From Dimorphilus gyrociliatus (lineage: Eukaryota > Animalia > Annelida): a stretch of 64,000 nucleotides of DNA. The DNA lies in assembly GCA_904063045.1 (NCBI GenBank), contig CAJFCJ010000001.1, forward strand, positions 1,302,001-1,366,000, in the 5' to 3' direction. This document shows, piece by piece, positions 24,801 through 35,489 of this stretch (position 1 is the first letter of the stretch; every line of letters starts with the position of its first letter). A program made the translations under genes and the position numbers. The notes below the pieces were generated by a model, which was not told where the DNA came from, ran no database searches, and saw nothing but the letters and a program-made list of their open reading frames with translations.

Positions 24801-26225
24801 ATTAATTCTTCAAAAAAAGCATGAAAAGAGAAAATAACTAATTAAAGTGACATTGACTCTTATCTAAGTTGACATTGACAATTTTGCCCTAGTGATCATA
24901 TAAATTCTGATAATCAACTGAAGGAAAAAGTGGTCTTTTGATAAACTACATCACTAACTTAGGATTTTTAATTTTAGAAGTATGATTCCATTTCTCTCTG
25001 ATTACATTACGTGATTTAGCAATAATACAGTCGTAAAGTCTAAAAGCAGCTAGATATGAAGGAAATTTTGCAGCTCACTCTGTTTATTGAATCACCCAAT
25101 ATGATATATTAGCTTAATTTATCAAAACGCCATCTATATATATATATTAAATATATATATATATATATGTGTATATGTATGTGTAATATATATATATATA
25201 TATCTATACATACATACTTTTATTTTATTCCTTATTCATATTATTTATACATATGCAGTGTTACATAGAAGAAGATTGTCGCATATTTTCCCAATGGTAT
25301 AGAAACGGCTCATAGGATTAAGAATTGCTCTTGACGGCCTGCTACAGTGGAAGTGTCGTCTTTTTTTAGGTTCTCACTCAATTTTATTCGACGTCTCCTA
25401 TTTGCCTGCTTATTATTTATTACTTATACTGATATAATTGTCAACTCTTAGCAGTTCTTCATTTCTACTATATACGTTAAATATAAATGAACACGTGCTG
25501 ATATTAAACTGTATAATATTAGATTTTATATTAGTATTACAGAGTAACTATTAAGAGCTACATTGTTTAAATAATATCAATTGTCTAATTAAATGACCCA
25601 CATCCTGTGTTTGCCTTATTACGCTTTATTCCTTTCCCTTTTGTCAATTAGGCCCTAACCTCTAATTTCTTTTTTCTCAAGACAACTGCTAAATGACTGA
25701 AGCTTTTAATTAAGTTGGAGACGTTTCTCCTCTAATACATAATTGCTAAATTGAATATTACTACTGAACGAATATACCAATTGCTTTTCTATTTGAGCAA
25801 AACCACTAAAAGTCAACAGAAAATCAAATTTTTATCATAATGCAAAAGAAACTGAGTAATTTTAACGTAACACTAGGAGCATTGCCAGAGAAAGAGGCAA
25901 ATATGAATATAGAAAATAGCTTGCTAAATATTTTACGTGATTTTTGTTACGAAAATTACTTTATCTCTGGTCATTTATCGTATGCTAAGCAAATTGATTC
26001 CTGAATATTAAATACCGTAAAACAGAGAATAAACTATGTCTTTTCCAAACAAATGACTAAGCTCATTAATAATGAATACGCCTAATGCACCTGTAGATAA
26101 GAAAACATATTATACAAAAAGCAGACTAACCAGAAAAGATTTAAAGAAGATAGAGCGGACGCCGGAAGAACAAGATCGTCCGAGCCGATTCCCCATCTTC
26201 TGTTGAACAAAACCAATCCAGGCAT
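18856..26225 (-). CDS. DAGLA: Diacylglycerol lipase alpha, multi-exon, first intron about 2.7 kb
   Basis: Exon 1 reads [21 protein letters not shown]. Also [21 protein letters not shown], the lipase motif GHSLGAG, catalytic NDHMPH, and a long alpha-type C-tail. Confidence 0.95.
21987..22010 (-). other. DAGLA: Candidate 24-nt in-frame microexon of DAGLA
   Basis: TGCATGGCAG|AAATGGATATCAGCCGTTAAACAC|GTAAGT, phase 2 to 2. Gives [18 protein letters not shown] when included and WRQ-R-KATRAY when skipped. Confidence 0.65.
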
Positions 26226-26634
26226 AGTTTTTATTAATCAAGATATTTGTTTAATTTTAATTTCCATTGTGGCTTATGTTTTTCAAAGGAGACGCCAAGA
26301 ATTGAAAATAAAGCCTTCAAAACAGGGATGTTAATTTAGTTAGTAAGAGTAAGTAACGTGATTCCGCGCCGTTTCATTCGCGTCTGTTTTGGCGCGAAAG
26401 TCTAGCAGTAATGTCTGACTATCAGCTGATTGGCTTATAATAAATTGTAAAAATTTTCCTTTAAAATGCAGGAAATATTTCTAAAATATATCAAATAAAT
26501 TTAGGTAATTTTTTAAATTTTATACATGAAAAAAAGTACATAGTTACGAATCGATATGAGATTTTTCACCCAGTTGACAAAATGGGATTGAACAGGAGAA
26601 TGATTCTGCAAATTTTTGCAATCAAATATCCAAA
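26226..26634. promoter_or_regulatory. Probable bidirectional promoter DAGLA/TCP1
   Basis: Head-to-head ATGs are 410 bp apart. Overlapping E2F-like TTTGGCGCGAAA (26388-26399), inverted CCAAT (CTGATTGG near 26426) and YY1-like CAAAATGGCGG over the TCP1 ATG. Confidence 0.6.
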
Positions 26635-29203
26635 ATGGCGGACGTGGTTAGCGCTCTTGCTGTAAGCGGTCAAAGAACTACAGGACAATCTATCAGAACA
26701 CAAAATGGTAAGTTATAGTTCAGTATAACTTAAATTACTTTACTTATTCTATCAATTTGCGGTCAATTTGCTCTTTTTTATCTCGTAAAAAGAGAATTTT
26801 TTGATTACCGGAAAAATGAACACGTGCATTCTTGTTTCAACCTATTTCTTAATTATGACTTTTTATTACAGTTACGGCCGCTCTTTCCATTGCTAACATC
26901 GTCAAAAGCAGTTTAGGACCAGTCGGTCTCGATAAGATGTTGGTTGACGATGTTGGAGACGTCACTATTACTAACGATGGGGCAACCATATTAAAACTGC
27001 TAGAAGTTGAACATCCAGCAGCAAAAGTTTTGGTTGAACTTGCTCAACTGCAGGACGAGGAAGTTGGTGATGGCACTACTTCAGTCGTAAGTACACAATA
27101 TCGCGAAATTAGCATATTACGAAGAATTAATTTATTCAGGTTATGATCGCCGCTGAGTTGCTTAGGAATGCTGACGAATTAGTAAAATGTAAAATTCATC
27201 CCACCTCTATAATCAGTGGCTATCGTCTAGCATGCAAGTAAGTTTAGCGACAAACAACAAACTCCCAACAACTTGCTGTTGAAATAATTAATTGTTTCAA
27301 TAGTATATACATTGGGAAAGATAAAGAAATGATACAGCTTTATGTCTTTTATAACTCTTTACTAGACAAAATAGTATTTTGTAACAATCTTAATTTTTTC
27401 AGGGAAGCTTGTAAATATATTCTAGAGAATTTTACAATAAGTGTTGACGATTTGAAGAGTGAATGCATTGTTAACGCTGCTAAGACTAGCATGTCGAGTA
27501 AAATTATTGGAACGTATCCTTTTTTCAAAAATTATTCAATGAACACCCTCACCCATTCCTGAGTATTTCGATACCCAGATTAGTTACGGGGGTTAAATTA
27601 AACTACAGCGTTATTTTATCATTTATTTTAAAATAGGTGATCTATATGTGCTCTAAACAATTATTTTTTCCTTGACTTTTCATTAGTGATGCAGATTTCT
27701 TTTCGAATATGGTAGTTGAAGCAGCTTTCGCCATAAAAACCTCTGATGGAAAGGGATCCTACAAATATCCCATTAAAGCTATAAATGTATTGAAAGCCCA
27801 CGGTGGAAGTACGAAAGAATCTATCTTAGTTAATGGTTACGCTCTCAACTGTACAATCGGTTCTCAACTCATGCCGAAGCGAATCACTAACGCTAAAATA
27901 GCCTTCCTTGATTTCTCTTTACAAAAAACAAAGATGAAATTAGGAGTACAGGTCTTAGTTGAAGACCCTGAAAATCTAGGAAAGATTAGGGAAAGAGAAT
28001 CAGATATTACCAAAGAACGTATTCAAAAAATACTAGCGTCTGGGGCTAATGTTATTTTGACAACTGGGGGAATAGACGATTTATGCCTCAAATATTTTGT
28101 TGAAGCAGGGGCAATGGCAGTTAGAAGGTGTACAAAGAAGGATCTTAAAAGATTGGCTAAAGCCACTGGAGGTAAGAATTGATTTGCACTTTTATTTTTA
28201 ATTCCTTCTATTGCTACATCCTGTTCGAAATAAGGGCAGGCTGAAATCTCTTGGAGGATATAGTAGTATTATGTTTTACTGGGTATTAATAGTTAACTTA
28301 TTCTATTAATACATTCGTACGCATCTAACAATCTCTACTTTTCAGGTCAGTTAGTAGTAACTTTGGCCAATTTGGAAGGAGAGGAAACCTTTGAATCTGC
28401 CTTGTTGGGAAACGCTGAAGAGGTTATACAGGAACGAATCTGTGATGACGAGTTGATTCTTATTAAGGGGTAATTAATATTTACCTTAATACCATGATAT
28501 TTAGTTGAATATTTTATATAAAACGGAGTTACCCATATCACTTTGCTAATAGGTTTTTATATAGCCTATTGGTTATACCATTGGGTGAAAGTAGAGAAAA
28601 TATAGCTAGTAAATAGTGGCTTATGATCTTGGTCATTATTTTAATATCTTATTCTACAGAACGAAAGCACGATCTGCCGCGTCCATAATTTTACGTGGAG
28701 CGAATGATTTCATGGTTGATGAGATGGAACGCTCTATTCATGACGCTCTTTGTGTAGTCAAGCGTGTGCTTGAGTCCAAGACGGTTGTTCCTGGCGGTGG
28801 AGCCGTAGAATCGGGCCTGTCAATTTATTTGGAGAACCTCGCAACATCTTTAAGCTCCAGAGAACAATTAGCGATTGCTGAATACGCTCACTCTCTGCTT
28901 GTCATTCCCAAGCAACTGGCCGTCAATGCCGCAAAAGACTCTACGGATTTGGTAGCAAAATTGAGAGCTTATCACAATACGGCCCAGACAAAGAAGGATC
29001 GTGCAGACTTAAAATGGATTGGTCTGGATTTGGAGAAGGGTGTAGTTAGAGATAATAAAAAGGCTGGTGTGTTGGAACCAACAATTAGTAAAATTAAATC
29101 TCTGAAGTTTGCTACCGAGGCCGCTATCACGATATTGAGAATTGATGATATGATAAAATTGGAACCTGAAAGAAAAGATCCAAGAGGAGGTTATGAGCAA
29201 TAA
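26635..29203 (+). CDS. TCP1: T-complex protein 1 subunit alpha (CCT1)
   Basis: [92 protein letters not shown]. Confidence 0.98.
27262..27389 (+). ncRNA. Candidate box H/ACA snoRNA (SNORA20-like 5' hairpin) in TCP1 intron 27238-27402
   Basis: Stem TCCCAA/TTGGGA, pocket CAACTT/ATATAC, 12-13 bp upper stem, H box AGATAA (27319-24) exactly 14 nt from the pocket. Second hairpin TGTCT/AGACA, with ACA (27384-86) 15 nt from its pocket plus 3 nt. Confidence 0.8.
27514..27686 (+). other. TCP1: U12-type (minor spliceosome) GT-AG intron in TCP1
   Basis: 5' splice site GTATCCTTT, branch site TTCCTTGAC (27668-76) about 10 nt before AG. Splicing gives SSKIIGT|DADFFSNM in frame. Confidence 0.9.
27545..27662 (+). 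ncRNA. Candidate box H/ACA snoRNA inside the U12 intron
   Basis: Hairpin 1: ACCCTC/GGGGGT lower stem, UUCG-capped upper stem, H box AAATTA (27595-600). Hairpin 2: ATCATTTATT/AATAGGTGAT, ACA (27657-59) 15 nt from the pocket plus ATT. Confidence 0.65.
28202..28333 (+). ncRNA. Candidate dual-guide box H/ACA snoRNA in TCP1 intron 28172-28345
   Basis: TCCTTC/GGAGGA stem, pocket TATTGCT/ATCTC, H box ATAGTA at 14 nt. Perfect 10-bp GTATTAATAG/CTATTAATAC stem, pocket TTACTGG/ATTC, ACA (28328-30) at 15 nt. Confidence 0.85.
28529..28649 (+). ncRNA. Candidate SNORA20-like H/ACA snoRNA in TCP1 intron 28470-28659 (5' hairpin clear, 3' half uncertain)
   Basis: TTACCCA/TGGGTGA stem, pocket ACTTT/TATAC, GCTAATAGG/CCTATTGGT upper stem, H box AAAGTA (28588-93) at 14 nt. 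The 3' hairpin is weak and has only an ATA variant box (28644-46). Confidence 0.55.
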
Positions 29204-29459
29204 CGATTTAAGTTTTTTTGTGCTTTTTTAATTTCTGACTGTATAAGAAAATAAAAATTTGCTATTGAACAGTTTTGTTTCAAAAATTTAATACTTAAAA
29301 GAATATATACAATATTAAAAATGTCCAAAAAAAATTGTTTTTCATACAAATAAATGCATTAGTAGTTCATATATAATCGCGAAAAACACTAGATGTCACT
29401 GCTTGTATCAAATCACGCTATACTACATATCGATATTTCTTAAGATCTCTTCGTGCAAG

Positions 29460-30478
29460 ATGGAAAAACCCCCGCTAGAACAACAACTACACCTAGCAGC
29501 TATTCAAGGTGACGCCTCTAATATTTATGATTTAGTCATGGGTGAGAAATTAAACGTCGATTGCCCGGACAAGGAAAATACAACACCCCTAATGTTCGCC
29601 TCTGCTAACGCTCATCTTGACTGTGTTGAAGAACTCTTGGGCCTTGGTGCTGACCCATCAGCCAGACGTCAAACAGGAACAACTGCCTTATTTTTAGCAT
29701 CACAGTGTGGCTCTCTTGATATAGTTCAAGAACTTCTCAAAAAAAATCCTTCCGTAGTTGATTTACCAAATTATGAAGGAGCAACGCCACTAATAGTAGC
29801 ATGTCAATGTAAGCTATATATTTAATTAGGGATATTGCTTATGCAAAACAATCTCTTGCTTAGGTAACCATCTGGACGTTGCTACTTTGCTGATTGAGAC
29901 TGGGGCCGATATACAAGCACAGATGAGTGATGGAACAACCGCTTTATTTCTAGCGGCTCAAAATGGCCATTGCCGAATTATAGAATTATTATATAAACAC
30001 GAAGCCTCTGTAAATGAGCAAAGGAAAGACAAAGCCAGTCCTTTGTGGTTAGTGAAAGACACAAATAGAAACATTCTCATGTATACTTAAATATATATTG
30101 TAAATTTTTAACAGGATAGCTTGCCAAATGGGTCACTTGGATGTAGTAAAGCTTCTTTTGAAACTAGGTGCAGAAGTAGACGCTGCGAGAGAAGATGGAG
30201 CAACACCACTATTTAAAGCCACTCACAAAGGACATTTGGAAATAGTTCAAGAATTAATTAAACACAAGGCGAATTTAAATTTGTTGCCAATTGGGGAAAG
30301 TGCTCTTCATGCAGCTGCTCTTTTCGGTCACGGTAAGATCGTTAAAGAATTATTCGAAAGTGGAGCCGATCCCCAGTTGAAGAATTCTTATGCACAAACT
30401 CCGGCTGATTTGGCAAAAGACGCTGGTTACGACGCTATTTATAACTATCTAAATAATCCATCGTCTTCTGTTATATAA
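29460..30478 (+). CDS. ANKRD29: Ankyrin repeat protein, ANKRD29-like, 3 exons
   Basis: About 8 ankyrin repeats (TPLMFASANAH, GTTALFLASQCG, GATPLFKATHKGH, GESALHAAALFGH). Ortholog assignment is tentative. Confidence 0.75.
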
Positions 30479-30560
30479 AAAGGAAATTGAGACAAAAATA
30501 TTTGTTTAACGTCGTCAAGTTTTTCAGTATCTTTGCAGTGCCTTTTTATTTCTTATTTTT

Positions 30561-31780
30561 TTACGACTGTGCTCCCATAGCTTTTTCGTACGTAGCATGC
30601 ATAAATGAATTGTTACAAACTAATCGAACGTTGATCTGTTCTTCTTCCTTAACAACAAACGTTGGAATGGAGTGTATGAAAGCTGACTGATCGAAGGGAT
30701 TATTCGATTTAATAGTCGAAAATCGAACTTCGTCTGCCATCTGCATTTCGAACCAGTAAACAAGTGCGTCTACTCTTCCACTTTCTATAGTTTCAACAGA
30801 TATCGTTCTTTCGAACATTCCCTTTGTATCTTTCAAGCATTGATTGAACAATTCAAATACCGGTGACAATTTTACGTGATTCAGTCTATTTAGAGATATG
30901 CATTGATGATTGATTGTTTGATAATCGTTCATAGCCGACACATTAAAGCCACAAACATCTTTCTGAATACCCCCTTCCTCGACCAGAGAACGACTTTCTA
31001 CAAATACTCCAAGGCATTTAAGGGCTTGAGGTATAACTATAACGTCTTCCACAGCCCTAGATATCAAAACATCCATATGATCAAGAACGTTAACACTTAG
31101 TCGTCCGTTGCGGTCTACAGCATTGACAATCAACACATTGAATTCGGGTAAATCTTCACAGCCACATATCACCTTCGAACTATCTAAATTTATCTTTTCA
31201 CATATTTTTTGTACTATCTCTTCTTCGTTTTCTGCCCAATTTGGTCCAAGAACATAATCAACTCCCATTTGTAAGCACTGAAAGGCAATAGGACTTACTC
31301 CTGAAGAATAAATGCATACTTTAGGTGATTTTCTATTTTTTAGAACAGCCTCAACTCCTTGGCACATTGCCCGATTATATTCAATATCATTGAATTCAGC
31401 AAGGGTTTTCTTACCGCAGAGAATTGATTCAAATGAACTTGGCATACCCCCCCTACATTTGATATTAATTAAGTCATCTTGAATCGATATAGTCACTTGT
31501 ACTTGTTCCTCTTTCGAATAGTAGCTATCAATTCTGCCTAAATCTTCTGGTAAAACAAAATAAACAGCTTGTTGCCAGCTACCGTTCGAACTAGGAGAGG
31601 TCACAATATGATGATTTTTGCAAACTTCCAAGTCGAACCAAGTAACAACCGCGTCGATTTTTCCAGATGAGGTCAACCTGATATTCATTGACTTTTCCAA
31701 ACCGTTTTCGGATAACTTAATGATTTCCTGAAAAGGAAAAATAGCGTTTGATGTAAAATTGATTAGCTATATTTAAATGA

Positions 31781-31819
<39 letters not shown>

Positions 31820-32880
31820 ACATCGCGATTATTAAAATCTATATCTAGAATTTTAAACTCTTCTGATAGCCGAACAAATCCACCCTCAAGTTTATTCAGG
31901 GTAGCACAGTCGTAAGGTTTTGATTTTCGATCGGCAACGCTTGGTAATTTCCGGTAGAGTAGACGAACATCCGATAAGTTGAGATTTCTTAGAGCGGGAA
32001 AAGCAAGCGAAAAATTACGTCTCAATTCGCCGCTTTGTACGAGGCAACCATATACTGATGCTTTTTTTGGTATCACTTGTCCACTATCTGTTAGTAAGCG
32101 TTTCCATGCATCGGCTATTGTTGATAGAGCTCTTTCACCCAATAAACCTGCATCGAATGTTTCAGTTACTACTAAGGGTACACGTTCCTCAATGTCCGAC
32201 GGAATAAGAATTTCATTCGAGCATTTCTCATAAAGAACAACAGATTGTTTCATTTTCGAATCATTTAATTCGAACGTTTTTCTTGCAACTTTACAGATGG
32301 TTGGGCAAACTTCACAGGCGTAAATTTTCTTGAAGTTACAAATGCTAGCTATCATACTTAGCAAACCAGATCCAGTTCCAATATCCAAAATTGTCGAGAT
32401 TTCTTTGCTCATTCTACGTATTGCCTTAAAATAGGCTTGATTTCTTACTCTATCGTTTAGCATCTTAAAGTGCCACCTTTCCACTAATCTTGATTTTGTA
32501 TTATCCGATAATTCTGTATTAACTGGATCGGTTTCATCTATGTGGAGAGCTCTAGTAAGGACAGATAAAGCAAATTCATATTGCTCTAGCTTGTGTAAAA
32601 GACCTCCTAATAATCCTAGAATCTCTTTACAATAAGGATAAAGTTCTAAAATCTGTGGAAAACAATCGATAATTTGAGAAGGGCAATTCTTATCCATTAA
32701 AATTGTGCACCATTCTTGAACGCAATAAATAAAATCTGATTTATATTCTTCCTTTTTTGACGGACATAATTTAAATAAAATACAAAAACTAGCCAATGCT
32801 TCGTCAAAATTCTTTAATTTAACAGAATCTATAGCTTTATGCTCGATAAACTCTGCATGCTTTGTTGTTAATTCCGCCAT
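30561..32880 (-). CDS. PRMT9: Protein arginine methyltransferase 9 (TPR plus duplicated PRMT module), 2 exons
   Basis: N-terminal TPR-like helices, LVERWHFKMLNDRVRN, ILDIGTGSGLLSM, double-E loop VVTETFDAGLLGE, and a degenerate second module. Confidence 0.9.
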
Positions 32881-33163
32881 TATCGCCCAAGAAATCAGCT
32901 TTTTATCAAAATCAAATCAAATAAACAGAACTTGTATTGACTAATAAATTGTATTTAAATATTATTAGAAGCTTTAGCTTAATAGTTGAATAATTGTGGT
33001 AAAAACCTCTCCTCAATCCTTTTTAGGCTAAGACTTAAGAGGTAACAATCGTTTTGCTGCGTTCTACACGAACACAATACATCAGGAAACATTTTAAATA
33101 TCCCGCCAAATGAAGAAAATCCCAGAAGCATCGAACAGTTTTACTGCAAATTTTGTATCATTT

Positions 33164-33200
<37 letters not shown>

Positions 33201-33409
33201 CAGATGAGAGAATTTTGAAAGTGCTGTATCTAATTAACTGCATTTATTTAAAACCCAGGTGAATAGGCCAAATTGATTTATAGAAGATCAATAAAATACG
33301 TTTGCAAAATCTTACAGGGTATACAGGCTAGAATTGTTATGATACAGACAATGAATTAATATGCATGGCCTATATTTTGGTTTTTTTATTTATTTAAATT
33401 AGTGTCTCA

Positions 33410-33948
33410 ATGGAGAAATTTCTGGGTAAGTGGGTTAGTGTATCCGCAGAGAATATAGATGGCTTTATGAAGGAGATGAACGTCAATTACTTCCTTCGTA
33501 AAATAGCAGCTTATACAACAACCTATTTTGAAATTCTCGAGAAAGGTAATGGTTATGTACTACGTTGGAGAGTTGCTATTTTGAGCGGCTCTCAAGCATT
33601 TCCTATGAATGAAGAGTTTACTCATGGTCTTCCAGATGGACGAACTGTTGTGGTAAAGTATTTTTCGCTAGTTTACTAGCACCTTTATCCCGCTTGAGTT
33701 ATATCAATCTTACCAACTATATAGAGTCTAGTGACTATAGAGGATGGTGTGTGGATATGGAAACAATTTGGTAAACCTCATGACGCAACGTTTAGAAGAT
33801 GTATCAAAGACGATGATACAATGATTGAGGTAGATTTACTTTTACTTGGTGAAAGCTTATTAATTATTTCTCAAGTATATTCCTATTATAATAGACTGCA
33901 GAAGCCAATGGGGTTGTATGCTCAAAAACCTACGTCAGACGAAGATGA
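33410..33948 (+). CDS. Fatty acid-binding protein family (iLBP), copy A, 3 coding exons
   Basis: MEKFLGKWVSVSAENIDGFMKEMNVNYFLRK..LPDGRTVV|SLVTIEDG..MIE|TAEANGVVCSKTYVRRR*. Confidence 0.9.
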
Positions 33949-34212
33949 AGAGCTTTCAGTTTTGACATTATTTAATCAATTAATGTTTTCATATTGTAAG
34001 CTACAAAATTTATAAAATATAATGGTTCTATCGTGTTTATTGAATTCGTTTTCTCTTTAATTAAAAAGAGTACTTTTAGCCCTTTTAAATTAGTTCAGCT
34101 TATCAAATCTTTCTGTACGGAGAAATAAGATAAATATCTATGTAATCTTATCTAAATAAGTATAAAAATTAAATATTTTATCATTAAATTTCATACTTTA
34201 TTGAGATACAAA

Positions 34213-34865
34213 ATGGAAAGGTTCGTAGGGAAATGGAAGAGTACGACGAGTGAAAACTTTGACAATCTAATGAAGGAGTTGGGTAATGAGATACTCTAAG
34301 CTCATATTTTATTATATTATTCAATACAGTGGCTTATTTATCATCATTTTTTTTGCAGGTGTAAGTATGATTCTAAGGAAAGCCGGCGCTCTGGCAACAA
34401 CCTATATGGATATATCCATGGATGGTGATACATTCTCACTTAAATGGAAGATTGCATTCAAAGGTGGTACTACAGTATATAAAATGGATACCGAATTTGA
34501 CGATACTTCTCCTGACGGTAGGAAGATTAAGGTATAGCAAATAGATATTTTATCAGTTCTTACTCTTATCAAGTAATTAGTACGATATATGGATAAATTT
34601 GCTTTAAATTAATCAAATAAACAACTATTCAGAGTCGCGTTGGTTACAAGGATGGTATCTGGACTTGGTTACAAATTGGTAAACCACACGATTGCGATAT
34701 AAAAAGATGGATAGGAGAAGACGGTAATATGATAGAAGTTCGTATTGATTAAGTTTTCTTTCATATTTGTTAAACACCTTGTGTTGATGTTTAATTTAAT
34801 TTCTTTATTAGACGGCAGAAGCTAATGGAGTGAAATGTACAAAGATTTTCGTTCGTGATGAGTAA
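34213..34865 (+). CDS. Fatty acid-binding protein family (iLBP), copy B, 4 coding exons
   Basis: MERFVGKWKSTTSENFDNLMKELG|VSMILRK..SPDGRKIK|SRVGYKDG..MIE|TAEANGVKCTKIFVRDE*. Confidence 0.9.
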
Positions 34866-35207
34866 AAAGCTTTAAATTAAGAAACGTAATAGCAAATTGA
34901 CCACGAATTTTTCATCGATTTTTCACATTTCTTAGAAACTTTTCAAGGGAACGATGAAAGGTCATTAATAAATTATTTAATATTGACTAAATTCCCAAGA
35001 TTGTGTTTCTGTACTAATATACGCATACATGCACCTTATCCTCTCATTTCTTTTTAAAATTCCGATATCTGATTAACATAATAAGTCGTTTAATTAGGAA
35101 AGAAATTATAATAACTTCCATTCGAACGTTAAAAATAACAATATATCTAACATCGTCAAAATTAGCCTACATTGTAACTAAAGTTCCCTGCTTTACTTCA
35201 TTGGCAA

Positions 35208-35489
35208 TTATTTCTGGGCTTGCGCTTGCATTTTTTTCATAGCCTCTTCATCTTGTTGAGTCGCTTGAGTTAATTTTTTTCCGATTCTATCATGTATATC
35301 CATATATTTGGCGACACATCTATCCAAACATACAGCTTCACCTTTACTCAGCTCTGATTCTTTGAATTTAGGGGGAACGCATTTCTTTTGACACGATGAA
35401 ACCATTCTGTTATACATATCGGCCATCATCTCAATTTCCAAATCCCCTATCAATTTAATTTGTTGTTCGTGAGTTAAATTTGATGCCAT
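35208..35489 (-). CDS. TIMM10: Mitochondrial import inner membrane translocase Tim10 (single coding exon)
   Basis: [49 protein letters not shown], with twin CX3C. Confidence 0.97.
   Translation of the reverse strand: MASNLTHEQQIKLIGDLEIEMMADMYNRMVSSCQKKCVPPKFKESELSKGEAVCLDRCVAKYMDIHDRIGKKLTQATQQDEEAMKKMQAQAQK

Noticed and set aside
26760-26822. Hairpin in TCP1 intron 1 as a fifth snoRNA
   Set aside because: Pocket-to-box spacing does not fit, and there is no second hairpin with a terminal ACA.
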